This document shows, piece by piece, positions 1-12,705 of a stretch of 64,000 nucleotides of DNA. Origin of the DNA: Hyphochytrium catenoides (taxonomy: Eukaryota; Protista; Hyphochytriomycota); the NCBI GenBank assembly GCA_900088475.1, contig FLMG01003251.1, forward strand, positions 1 through 64,000, written 5' to 3'. Each line of letters starts with the position of its first letter. Positions within the stretch are counted from its first letter, which is position 1. The translations under genes and the position numbers were made by a program. The notes below the pieces were generated by a model that saw nothing but the letters and a program-made list of their open reading frames with translations, made no database searches and had not been told where the DNA came from.

Positions 1-834
1 CGGCCCAAAAGGCGCCTATTCTAGAGACCAGAATCAAAACCCACAACGGGAAGATATAATACGAACACCGAGCACGGACCCTACGTTTCAGGGAGGCTCT
101 CGTACGGCCCAAAGCTGGCCGTCTTCGGCAGAATGCAGATGGATCTGCACACTGGAGGGGCGAGTTTTTTGAGGCTCGCTATGTGGCAAGATTTTTGAAG
201 ACTTTTAGACAGAGGCTCAAATCAGTCTCAACCCCAGTTCCAGACCGCAAAGAAACGAGAGGCGGCGCTGGTTCCTCACAGAACACACAGAAAGTGAGTG
301 GATACTCCTCACTCTTCGAACTCTGAGCTCCTCCAGGAGTAGTTGGAGACTTTACTACTGATTACTGATTACATTGTCCATATGATAATCGTATCTATTG
401 ATAATCCAGAGGTATTGGAATTGATATCGATCTACTGGAGGAGATCTGATAAGCGAAGATGAAACGACACCATGGAAGATGCTCAATCTACTTCACACTT
501 TGCTGTCTCCGTCTAATCAGCGCCGACGCTGATCAAAGGAGCTGTCAGCTGTCACGGCCAAGAGAGCCAGACCGGCAGCATCCTCATCCTAGGACAAGAT
601 GCCGAAGAGATAGGATAGCACGTCTATGAGCTATCAGATATCCAGCTCTTCCTCACACCGCAGACAGGCATCTGGTGAGTGAGAACTAAAGCGCAGACAT
701 AAGCACGAACCGTCATTGGGGTCATTCAAAGATTCTGAGTCCATCTATAGTTGCTCCCTCCATCCTTACCCGCTAGACGAATACCTGAGCGACTGGACAT
801 TGCTGTACGAAACGATCTAGGGTGGGCGAGCAGG

Positions 835-1848
835 ATGGGCTCGGGGATAGAGACCAAGACTCTCCTGGATCTGGTTAACGAAAAGTACGCCTCTGCAGGA
901 GCGGAGAGACTTCTATCTCGAGTTTTGTACGTCGCCACAGTTCATCGTGGAGTCACACCCGAGCAGCTTATTGAGACACATCGACAGATTGTCTCAAATG
1001 CACCAGGAGAAGCCATAACCGGCGTTTGCCTAGCCGTCAAAGACGTTGCTGTCCTGCATATCTTTGAAAGCACGGAAGAAGCAGCGAACCATATCATCCG
1101 CACTCTACAGCAGACTCAAGGTTTACTGCAGGATATCAGAGTGCTGACAGCAATGTCTGACTGTATACGGCGATCCTATGCCGGTTGGTGGGGGCTTAAA
1201 GCTGATAAAGAGGGTGATGGGGACTTGGAGGAGACAAATGAGGAGATCGTTCGAGGAGCTTTTGAGCTTTATAGCAAACTCTTAAGACTTGGCAGCAGTA
1301 ACAAAGGTGACGGCAAGAAGGTAAGTTCAAAAAGAGACTTTCTTGAGATTTTTAGCTACTCTCATCACACTCGTCAATCAACTTGCTCTCTCATACCGTC
1401 TTTTTACGCGGCCTTTTGGGGCCACCTTCGTTCTTTTGTCTGTGCGCTGTACATTCTTCTTTAGAATTAGTGCTTCTCTGTCTGTTGCCTTCCTCTTCCT
1501 CTCGCTACTTTCAGCTAACGCCGAACCTTTTCTCTTGCACTGTCCTCTCGCTGCCTTTCCATCACACACCATCCCATATTTCGCTGCTGGCTCTTGTTGC
1601 TCTGGTTTACTCGCCAATATGAACTTTGCTGACTCATACCGGACCTGAAATAGACGGAAGAACTGACAGAGAAGGATCTGAAGGGCCAGCACCAGGAGAA
1701 TATTCCAACCACCAAGCGGGTCCTCGCGCTCACTACAGCTCCGACATTCCCGACTGCGGAAGAGTTCTTGGAGCTGTTCGACACACCTATCAATCTTGAG
1801 CTTGAGTCGGAGAGGACCTGGCCTGCACCTCAGACTTTAATATCGTGA
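835..1848 (+). CDS. TEX47/DYBLUP/MOT7-like ciliary BLUF-fold protein (exons 835-1320, 1654-1848)
   Basis: BLUF-like pattern LSRVLYVA...ITGVCL...LHIFES...IRVL...RSYAGW. A GT-AG intron at 1321-1653 joins a C-terminal FLELFDTPINLELESERTWP, typical of the TEX47 family. Confidence 0.7.
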
Positions 1849-2310
1849 AGCCAGTTTCCTAGACCTAACGTACCATGGCCCATCTACCTTGCCCAACTGG
1901 CAAAATCAATAGATATGGGCCTAATTATCTGCCATTGCCCGTCGTCGCCTCTCTTCTTCATTTAGAGTTTTAGTGTCTTCTTTATGCCTTGGCTTTATTA
2001 TTCCTCAACCCTTTAAACAGATCCCGAATGGAACATGCTCACTGACGGTTGGTTCTCAAGTCCTAGTCTCTGCCACTGCGCACTAATGGATTGCTATGTT
2101 ATATCCCCAATAGAGCCGTCTTGATGTCTTGAAGTGCAAAAAACGCCCTCAATCCCTGAATGTGAAGTTCAAATTGCATCGCCCGCCCCGTGGTCCGTAG
2201 CCAACAAAGGAAGCCCCCTCCGCTCCTTTGATAATCGTCATCGCTCAAAGCCTGGACAAGACCATAATAGTTAGGAAGGCAATGGAACTAGATGGCCAGC
2301 GGTGAAGCTA

Positions 2311-5300
2311 TCAATCAACCCACTGAAACATCAAAAAACTCATAAAGTATAAGGCAAAGCCCTCAGCCTAAGCAACTGGCCCAAGAAAAGGCCCAAGGGA
2401 CCCTTTTGCACGCCTTAGACGATACTTCTACACTCGATTTGAGTTGCGAAGGACTAACCCTGAGGCAAGTTCGCGCGGTGATGAGCAGAGTGTTTTCCTT
2501 TGCCCCAAGGAGAGTATCGATGTGCCTTAGGCAGTCGTTGGTCTTGAATAGGAGCAGCATTTCCGGGGGAAGAGTATTTAAGAGGTGGGAGATGCCCGAA
2601 AGGTACTGAGGCACCAGTGAAACGGGAGGGAGATATTTAGAGACGCCAGCAGAGCAGAGAAATAGCAGGCGACAAGCGGAGAAATGGTTAGTGCTGTCTC
2701 ACTTGGGACAGGCGTTCAAGGTAATGGAGCAACGACTAAAGGAAGTCTGAACTGGAGATAGACATCCTTTTAAAGTAAGTCGAGGCTACAAAGCACCTGT
2801 TCCACGTAGCCCCTGATGACCTCCTTATCCTGAGAGCCAGAAACGCCTGTAGCGCCTATTCAAGGTCCGCCATTGAAGAAAGATAAGTGAGCTCCAAACA
2901 AACAAACGTTGGGGGGAGCTACATACAGACAAGTTTGTTTCACAAGTGCATAGTCAACGAGAGATGAGGTGAAGGTAAACAAACTCATATGTGTTGATGT
3001 CAATTGGGTGGGTGGAAGAGAGCCACGACGCTGCAAGAGCAATCTCAATCAATGCGGATGCCCATCCCCAAAGAAAAAGAACTTACTCCTCCGTTGAAGC
3101 TTGTGATTGACCGGCGCGTCTACGATTTCTTGCCAGGGTCTGGCACAACGAGAGTTAGCCTGCCAACGACAAGTTCTCTTTGCATATATAAGACCCAATA
3201 TGTTAACGCTACTTAAGACTTTGGCTCCCTCCATTAGTGACATCGGCACCGTCATCCCATGAACATTTGTTACCTGGTGGTCAGCATAGCGGCCAGGAGG
3301 GGATACAAGTCGCCTGCTCCCAGCTGCAAATAAGCAAGTTGAATAGAATGAGCAAGCAGAGTCCATCAGACGCCGAGACAAAACAGGTAGCTAGCCAGGA
3401 GTCTAAAAACAGGCACGGGAGATGCGACAACGGATGATTAATTAACATAGAAAATGTATCAGTCTGCTTTGTCCTTTTCCATGACAGACCTCGGGAAGCA
3501 AGGTCAAAAGAGCGCTCCCGACTACTGAGGAGGGATCTGGACAAAGCTTTACCTTTCTGCAGTGTTCTTCTATCGCTTTCCTATCTCCTAGAATTATAGC
3601 TTTCCAAAGCCCTGCGTACAGTAACCGAAATTCTCTTCCTAGTTCTTTATAGAGGCCGTGGTCTAAGAGGACCAGTTGAGGTCGAGATGGCTTCTGGGGA
3701 TGGGGCCGAACAAGGAGACTGCCAAAGAGCACGAAGAGAATATATAGAGGTTAGCAAGGGAAGGCAACAGGGGTGGTACTCGGGGTGGCCCCGGAAGGCG
3801 TCGGCACAAGACTGAGATAGCGAGAGAAAGAACGGTAATCCCTAGCGAGAAATTGAGCTTGTATAGATCCTAATCCCAACCATTAAATCCTAGTCCCAGG
3901 CACTATATTGTATATAGCAGCAGACGCAAGGAGACTTGTTGCAAAAGACAACTATCACGAAGGCCAGTATGTCCTCTTACTTGGCTGGGTGCGGGTCACA
4001 ATGGACAAATCCGTTGATGAAGATTTGTTCACAAAAAATAGTCGATACTAGTTGCGCCACCTCTTGCTTATCCAGACCCTGAAGACAGCATTGCGGTAAG
4101 GCCAAGCACATAAAAGGAGGGTAGAGGCATCCGCTGCACTAATAGAGCTCTGCCATTGACCAGAAGGAAATAAAGCCAAAGGGTCGATTCTCTAGATAAA
4201 TTCTCCAAAGCAAAGAGGCTCTCTAGAGTCAAGTAAGGACCGGACATTTATAGGAGAAGCTCCTCTCTACCATTCTTTCAATCTCTTCAGTCTGAGAAAT
4301 GCAAACACCTTCCTAGAAGTCAAGATGTTGTCAGCCCTGGAGCAGCAAAAGGGATTACCCTTATGGAACCNNNNNNNNNNNNNNNNNNNNNNNNNNNNNN
4401 NNNNNNNNNNNNNNNNNNNNNNNAATCCATTGTTAACACGCGGTGGGTGCTGCGGTCGCGAATAATAGCAGGAAAGACTATCTCGCATCTTCTCTGAAAG
4501 TAGTGCTGGCACCTAAATAAGGTAAGGGTCAGACTTGGTATCCCGAGCTCAACATGGTAAAATGGGAAGCGAACTAGAGAGGCCAAAGGTCTATACTTGG
4601 CTGAAGAACCCTCCCAAAAAGTATATGACGCAACACTCCGGCATCCGAAGCTTATCGACCCTTCACGAACTAAGTTTTGGCGGAGTGTGTAGGGACAGAG
4701 TCTCTTACCGCTCAGCATTATTCGCTTCGTGTAAGAAGTCTAGCTCCTTCGGCAAATTCTGCTTGGCTTCCTCTGCTATAGACTTGCAATAGGAAGGAGG
4801 AATGAAGAGGACACAAACAGCGCACGGATGGTCAGAACATATAAGAGGACCCACCAAGAGTGCTTCGCCGAAGGAGTAGGACCCATGATGGTAACAAACA
4901 TACAGTGAAGACCCAAAGCATCCCTTAATCAGCAGGCAATAAGCGAGGGAACCATTAAGATCACTTCTGACCTTGTAGGAGAAATCGGGGAATATTCTGG
5001 CTACGATATTGACCGCTAGATCAAGAAGGTGCAAGTCCAATACTGAAAGTTCGCGTAGGCCACGGTGTTGGACCTTTACTGCCAACAGACGGCCAGTCCC
5101 AGGCTCTACCGCCGTGTGAACCTATAGTATGGGGCAAAGATAGCTCAGAGAATGTATTCACCAAACCTAAACCCGTGTCCCCATTAAGTCGACCGGTGTA
5201 TCTTTCATCTCAGAATAAGCGCGAGATAGGCGACAGACCAATCACGTCTTCCGTCCGCGTCTATCCCACCATCTCCCTCCCTGGCCTTTTCCTTGTGAGC

Positions 5301-6931
5301 TCACTAGTCCTTCACCTGGGCAAGGGAAGCTGAAGCTATCGGCTGTCTTGAAAACTGATGGAAGACTTCAGAGACTGGACGGTTAAACTCCTCCTGAATC
5401 ACCTGCACTACGTCCTCATAGCTGTAAAGCAAGCAAGAGAGAGTTAGCTTCCAACAGAGACATCGAGACCGCACCATCGAGGTGGGGGTGATGACGATGG
5501 TATTTCGGGTGTTGCAAGATGAGCCAAGGGTACAGAAAACTCTCTGCCATGGAGTGCGCATCTCTTGACTGCTAGATCTAAAGGCCCACCATAATAACAA
5601 CTAAAACCTAGACCAGAACAGGCACAAAGAGAGCGAGAAAGAGAGGGAGAGATTAAAAGCATACACCATATACATATATATATATATCGCAAGAGAGGCA
5701 AGGTGCCTTAGTGGTTAGGGAGTAATGATGACCTTGACTCCACATTCTGGTTGAAGAGCTGCCTCATCGTTTGGACATACTCATCAGGGAGCAGGTAGTC
5801 TAAAGTCCCTAGATGCTGACCAACCTTCACGAAAACACCTGAGTATCATTGGAAGAGAACGAAGTCGAGGATTAGAGGAAGGAGAAGGTGATGTTGAATG
5901 GCCAAAGTGCGACGAAGAGATGAAAAGGTCCATCGAAGAAGGAAGAAACTAACTCACCGCCATTCTTCTTGCACACGTTGACTAATCGGTTGGCTGACTT
6001 CCGATGCAGGAGAGACTTCTCAGCTATCTCCATCTCCTTTAGAGACTGAAACAGTGTCGGACAGGCAAGGGGTATTAGTCTCGATCCATACCAAATCTCT
6101 GGCTGATACTCTCTAGTACGCTGCCAACCCAGCTTGTCCCGGGCCACTGTGTCTTCTACCTCCCCAGAGCTGGCCATTATTCACTGACCACAATTTCTAC
6201 CAGAGTCAATTCTGCCATTCAATGTTGCGTACGTACTCGGAGCCTTGCCTCCTCCTCCTCGTACTTATTTCTTGCCACATGTTCCTGCTGCAGGCGCTTC
6301 TCAAGCTCGCCAGCGGAGCTGTTAGGCAGGGCGGCCATCTGATGGCTGCGGAGGAGCTCAACTTCGCAAGAAAGCAACCGCTGCTCAGCTAATGGAAGGA
6401 ATAAAGGGCAGAGGTAAGAATAATAATGTAGAGATAAGAGAGCATGGGTAAGACCCCAGTGAGCGAGGTGGATACATCGCACTGCAGCAGGGGTACGAGG
6501 AAAGAAATAAAGGTTAAAGTTGCATTGAAAGAGAACCTTCTGATGATATGCAACGCCCACCTACCCTCTGCCAGCTGCCGCTTTAGCTTCCAGAAAGTGT
6601 ATTTGTAGTCCGTGATGATCCCTAGCATAGTCCAGCCAAATCTAAGACCTCGCACTAACGCCCGCCCTCCATTCCAGCCAGGGATCAGGGCTGACGAAGT
6701 GGAGGGTGAGGGTGACGGAGAGAGAAGAATGTATGCAACAGCTCCTCCTGCAGCTACTACTGCAAGCGTGGCTGGCACTGTTCCAATTACTCGTCGTCCA
6801 GAGGAAGTGACCAACGACTGGGCCTCCGGAACATTGGTTGTTCGTCGAACCTGTTGGGCAGGCCATACTCTTCCATGGCAACGAAGATGCTTGGCTGGTC
6901 GGATCAGGCTAGTCATTTGTCCTTGTCTCAT
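2311..6931 (-). CDS. ADCK1: ABC1/UbiB atypical kinase, ADCK1-like (multi-exon; 3' end approximate; N gap inside)
   Basis: Motifs across GT-AG exons: GGVFVKVGQHL..LDYLLPDEY, PIASASLAQVH, AVKVQH, LPKELDFLHEANNAER, GFVHCDPHP, LVLLDHGLY, LLLFKTNDCLR. The Arg-rich N-terminus resembles a mitochondrial presequence. Confidence 0.88.
4371..4423. other. Assembly gap (N run); further gaps at 20353-20375, 23686-23707, 43215-43280 and 51256-51339
   Basis: Runs of n. Confidence 0.99.
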
Positions 6932-8079
6932 TTTACGGTTAGCCAGGGCTCATATAAAGCGTTCGAGCCTCATTGCTTCAGAAGAGAAAGAGCTACGCTT
7001 CTACTTCTTGCAAGGCTCTTTAGAGGTGCCGGACACTTCTAAAACAGAACGGTTTTCTCAAAGTTCTAGCAGCGACTCCGCGGCCGAGGCTCACCAACGT
7101 GCATCTCACTTTCAAGAACCGCACTTCCTCTCATACAGCTCCCCTCCTTCGTCGTTTTGTCTCTTCTCATCTGTCGCTCGTCTGCCGCGTCTCGTCTCAG
7201 CTCCGACCCGGCGATGACGTATTCGGATCGCGGCGAAGCGATGAAACGGAGATGCGAATCCGATGCCCAGATAGCCGCTAACGGCTCTCTCTATAGTCTG
7301 CCTGATCTTCTTGAGCGCACAAACTACAGAATCTTCAGGTAACATGTACATCGCTGTAGCTAGGGGATCGCCCACCCGCCCTCAGAGGTCAGTTCTGTGA
7401 ACTTTCTTGGAGAGGTCAGTCTGTTTGTGCTCGTATTCATCAGGAGAGCCACTAATAATAAATGAGGTACAAACTGCTTGATTTCTTGAACGCCGTCACA
7501 GTTTTGGATCTTCAATACGCCCACCCATCCCGTATATTCATAATAAACGTTATTTCATCTCGGAACTGGTCTCCTTTTATTTCGGAATCTCCTGCTAAGG
7601 AAGGAAGGAGGAAGGAGGGAGGCTGTTGATGTCTCACACACAGGAACGGTCCCAAGTTCCAAAGGAAGGTCTTCCTAACAGTTGCCTCGACCACTCTTCC
7701 CAGCGCTTCCCACAAAGCCACGCAGCGCTGGCTTCAACAGCCACTTCTGGTCCTTGAATGAATAGCTTGGGTCTTCCATGTCCTCTGTATGTGCGCCGCT
7801 GCCTGCCTGCTTGCTGCTGCAGCGCCAGCTAGAAGGAGGATCTTCCCAGCCTGGATGTTTCCTTCCACCACCTTCCCTCTCGTCTCACATGTCGAGACTA
7901 GAACCAGCTCAGTCTCAGAACTTCAACCAGAGAACAGCATCTCTTGCCGTCATTCAGGCTCATTCATCCCGTTCTGTCATCGCTACAGTCGCCAGTTCTA
8001 AGAAAGATCTGGAAGCTTAAGCAGGTGCACTAGAAAGCTAGAAGCAACGCCGAGAAGAGAGTGCACGAAGAGTCAGTAG

Positions 8080-9264
<1,185 letters not shown>

Positions 9265-9410
9265 GCCAGCTGCGCTGAGCCAATGCCAGTCACCTTCGCA
9301 GGCGATAGTTGACTAGTGTGGGGAAGAATGGGAGCAGCAGGACCCCAAAAGGCATGGACAAAAAGAAGTAGATACCGCTTAGGGGTTGAGCCTTCCTAAG
9401 CTTGAAAGAG

Positions 9411-11128
9411 TTAGGCCAATCCACCTATTTCTAGCTCAAAGCGCCGAATAAAGTGTACAATGAACTCGTGTCTGTCTTCTGCAATCTTCCTTCCAGAAGC
9501 CGTTTTCATCATATCCTTGAGAAGGAGTAGCTTCTAGAGAAAGCGAGAGTGGGACCAAGCACAATGCAAGCGAGTGCCATTGAGTTTGAATGACCGAACA
9601 CAGAGCGGCAGGGACAGAAAGCTTACCTCACTGAAATGGTCCATGGTTACTCCGTTTCCCTTGACATATTCATCTCTTGCCAATGGCTGAGGAGGTCTGA
9701 ACGCCCAGCCCTGGTGGCCAATCATTGTGAAAAGGTGGAGACAACTTTACTCTTCAGTCTGGCACAGATGCCCGTAACAGAGCGTGGGTCCAACGCACCT
9801 CTTCGTACAGAGGTCGCAGTTTTGCACCTCCATACGTGAAACAGCGAGCAAGTCCGATGGCACCAATGGCATCCTGAGCACCGGCGACACCACCCCAAAA
9901 GGTTAGCAAGAGCTTGGAGCAAGAAGCGCGGCAGAAAGGAAAGGCGACCGCACTTACCAGTCTATCTGCATCTTGTACGCAGGCAAGTTCGCGATCCTTA
10001 ACCAAGGCACAACGTAATAAGCGTAAAAGGAGAACCCCATGGCATCAGGTTAGCTCCGTCTACCCGATAGACCGCTGCGGCTTCAAGAGCTTACCAGATC
10101 GAAAGCTTTGATTCCCTGTCCAGGGGCGCCTATTTCAGTTTTGAAGCTGACGCCCTCAATGACCCGACATATATCATCCACTTGATGTGCTGCAGGAGTC
10201 TGATGGCAAACTACTCAGTCAAAGTCGAAGGGAGAAGATAGACAGCAGACAAAGGCACATACATTGCCTCCGATTCTAAACATTACACAGAAAGGGACGT
10301 GACGCAGCAACAATTGGAGGAGGCAACGTAGTGCTGAATGGTGAACCAAGGGAGCATCGATGAGCAATAGTCGAACCTGCGCCAGCGTCTTAGCTAGAAA
10401 TTGTCGGGCTACTGGCAGCGTGTTGGACTTTGCTTCTTGTTGTGGAGAAATAGCAGCCATTTCTACGCTCGTGGAAGCCTGAGTAGAGCTATATTTCCAG
10501 TCGTCCACATCATGGAGCAATGCAGCCATCTCAACCAGCCAGACATCAGATATACCCTGCCCATGAATAACAGTAAGACCATGCCTCAATCATTCATGAA
10601 TGAAGGTTTAGAAAATCAAGGATGATTGAGCAGACCGGAGGCGGCACTTAATGAAGGCGTTCGAAGGTTTACAAAGGGTGAAAGCAGAGTCTTACTTAAC
10701 CATGCGTAAGGGAGGAGGGGACGCACAGAGGGAGAAGGCTATGAGGTATGGAGCCAAAGAGAGATGCGTTTAATTGAAGCACAATGGCAAAGATTAGATT
10801 TCACTACTTCACAGCCTCGTACAAGAGAGCCTGAGAAGAGAGACGCAAAATTGAAACTATAGGTTAGGAAAGTCGTGGGGTACGTGACACCTCCTCTACC
10901 GCCAGTCTCCTTGCCATCAGCCAGACTCTTTGAATATGTAGCCAGTCATGAGAGGCGTCATTCTCCCTCATTACGCTCTTGACAAAGTCAACGGTCTAAT
11001 TGTACATTAAGCTTTAGTGTAGCTCCTAAGGCGAATTCTGTCAAGCAACTCTTTACCTTGATGATCAGATCTTCCTGCCATGAAGCTCGAGGCGGACAGA
11101 CCGTGGAAACGGAGCCACACTCAGCCAT
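9411..11128 (-). CDS. HD-domain metal-dependent phosphohydrolase (YpgQ-like), multi-exon
   Basis: Spliced exons give [47 protein letters not shown] and HFSEKLLLLKDMMKTASGRKIAEDRH. Confidence 0.9.
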
Positions 11129-11983
11129 AATACCCTGTCGCTGGACAAGTCCCAGGAAAGCCTACGTCCAACTGCAAGCACAGACGAGCCTAGGTGCCGC
11201 AAAGTGCTATCTGAACATCAATGCAGACGCTCAGAGGACGATGAATAGAAGGCCAAGGCCTTATCGGTAGCGCTCATCAAGATTCTAATAAGGGCACGCA
11301 CTTCAGGGAAGATCAAGATCCACAGCAGGGCTCTAAGTGTCACAAGTATCAACCTCTTTGTGATGAGGGATTGATAAATAGTTGGCTTACAGACGCGATG
11401 GATGATCAAGGGAGGGGCAATGTGGGCAACTCCAAGAAAAGCAGCACGAGAAGGTAAGACAGCAGCATTCTGAAGCTCCTCACTGAGAGCTCTGTATCAA
11501 CCTGGTAATAAGATGCGCCAGACTGCAGACTGCGGACTTTCAGGATGCGAAACTCTATGAGAACGCAGATTTCTTAGTTCTGTGGCTTATCTGTGGAGAC
11601 ACAGCGAACCTTGCTAGTAATGTGGTATTTTACATGTTTCTTTAGCGGTATATAACGCTTTTAGGCAGGACCAAAAACAATTTGTAAAAGACTGTGTTCG
11701 ACTGTTATTGTTCGACTGTTATTATAAGCGCCGTATACGATAGAACAAAGCTGAAAGCCTGGCTAAAACACCCATCCACAACCCGATTATTGGCAGAATT
11801 TCACAGGAACGTTTCGTTAAATAGGTAAATGTACCGCTTTGCAGGCGAATTATTCACAGAACGCCTTGTATCTTTCAAGAAATAACCAGAGAGAAAGAGT
11901 GCATATGGCCTGTATGTAACTATTGAATTGGCCAACGACATAAGTGAGCGAGATGCATAAGTGGAGAACATTGAGGGAGACAA

Positions 11984-11993
11984 AAGAGAGAGA

Positions 11994-12041
<48 letters not shown>

Positions 12042-12230
12042 CAGAGAGAGACAGAGAGAGACAGAGAGAGGGAGGGAGTTTTGGGGGGAGGGGGTTGAGA
12101 CACACAGACAGAGAGTGAAAGAGATGAGACACACAGACAGGGAGAGAGTGAGAGAGAGAGGGAAGACAGAGCAGGTTGAGATAAAGACTATGAGGAATAG
12201 TCCTCAATAATAGAGAGACAGAGACAGAGA
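11984..12230. repeat. (GA)n / GACA-mixed microsatellite
   Basis: Long GA dinucleotide tract; a further tract at about 12460-12500. Confidence 0.9.
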
Positions 12231-12705
12231 GAGGCAAGGAGAGTATATATATATGGGAAAGAGACCTGAAAGCATGCAAGCAACCAGGTGAAGAGCTCCA
12301 GGAGGGGCGGCGGGGTTGCGAGACAGAGTGTGGAGCTGAAAGGCTCGCATGATCCCAGAGAGCTAGCTCTTCCTGTTCTGTCGATGGATTTCTCGAGCCA
12401 AACCGTCAGCTAAAGCTAAAACGTAAGGACTCTGTCTGTCTGTGCATGAGCGTGGAGACAAGAGAGAGAGAGAGAGACGAGAGAGAGAGAGAGAGAGAGA
12501 CAGCGATAAAGGAGTTGAAAGAAGAGGCAGGTCAATTCTTTGCGCCGTCACAAAGGAGACCCTTATTCTCTATCTCTCTTCTGTCATTGAGGCGTCTGAC
12601 ATTGGCTTCTTGCTCCATCGACAACCACTCTTAGAGCCATACGGCGGCACTGACAACACAAGTCCGTCACTCTATTTCAAAAAGTCATTCATAAAGAAAG
12701 GAACT

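Noticed and set aside
6612-7217. 201 aa plus-strand ORF
   Set aside because: It is antisense to the ADCK1-like first exon and has no recognisable domain.
11801-12634. Several ER-repeat / SL-repeat ORFs
   Set aside because: They are translations of (GA)n microsatellites; the same applies at 22.3-24.3 kb and 28.2-28.4 kb.
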